Source of the DNA: Candidatus Woesebacteria bacterium
GTDB taxonomy: Bacteria; Patescibacteriota; Microgenomatia; UBA8517
Reading direction: 5' to 3'
NCBI GenBank assembly: GCA_016432365.1
Contig: CP066686.1
Span: 757,992 to 791,500 of the forward strand
Length of the DNA stretch: 33,509 bases
Below are positions 33,330-33,509 of the stretch, piece by piece. Position 1 is the stretch's first letter. Each line of letters starts with the position of its first letter. Both the position numbers and the translations under genes were made by a program. The notes under the pieces were generated by a model that was given only the letters and a program-made list of their open reading frames with translations, was not told where the DNA came from and ran no database searches.

Positions 33330-33509
33330 CAGACGACAATCGCTCCTAAGTCAAATGAAAAAAGATGCTATCAAATTAGATTGGGACGTGGCCTTTCAAG
33401 GAAAAGCTAATGGCAACCGACATCTTTTTCGTGTAAATAAAATTATTAGATATCTAGTTACAAAAGAGGGGGGTGACCCATTTATAGCACAATCTGGGGG
33501 CTGGATTCA
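33322..33509 (+). CDS. HD-domain phosphohydrolase-like protein; the 3' end runs off the window
   Basis: It is absent from the ORF track. ATG 33322 overlaps the upstream stop (ATGGATAA). The translation MDNRRQSLLSQMKKDAIKLDWDVAFQGKANGNRHLFRVNKIIRYLVTKEGGDPFIAQSGGWI shows the H...RV...(D)...HD-type N-terminal pattern. Confidence 0.55.
   Translation, partial: MDNRRQSLLSQMKKDAIKLDWDVAFQGKANGNRHLFRVNKIIRYLVTKEGGDPFIAQSGGWI

Overview
This is a gene-dense, low-GC bacterial segment whose reduced gene architectures resemble Patescibacteria/CPR; that placement is inference only. Translation and cell-envelope genes dominate: typA, thrS, infC-rpmI-rplT, pheS-pheT, serS, a short trigger factor, uppP, a class A PBP and two paralogous lysozyme-like hydrolases. 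Five tRNA genes are present (Gly-GCC, Leu-TAG, Val-GAC, Ala-GGC, Tyr-GTA). I saw no rRNA, CRISPR array, transposase or integrase.

Main findings, most interesting first:
1. A canonical T-box riboswitch (30681-30949) sits in front of a non-synthetase operon instead of an aaRS gene. The operon encodes a 788-aa protein (unassigned N-terminal half, then a PPDK_N ATP-grasp, then a swivel-His domain) whose stop overlaps the start of an HD-domain gene.
2. pheS is fused to an N-terminal AlaX-like (HxxxH) editing-type domain.
3. The thrS leader contains a T-box-type antiterminator.
4. A perfect 76-bp tandem repeat re-copies the 3' end of tRNA-Leu. It borders a block of ORFan genes that ends at a Y-family polymerase.
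5. An identical 27-nt palindrome lies in frame inside two unrelated genes.
6. tRNA-Gly and tRNA-Ala both carry an atypical TCC T-loop.
7. tRNA-Tyr has a short variable arm.

Two real genes run off the window ends and are missing from the supplied ORF track: <1..835 (-) and 33322..>33509 (+).
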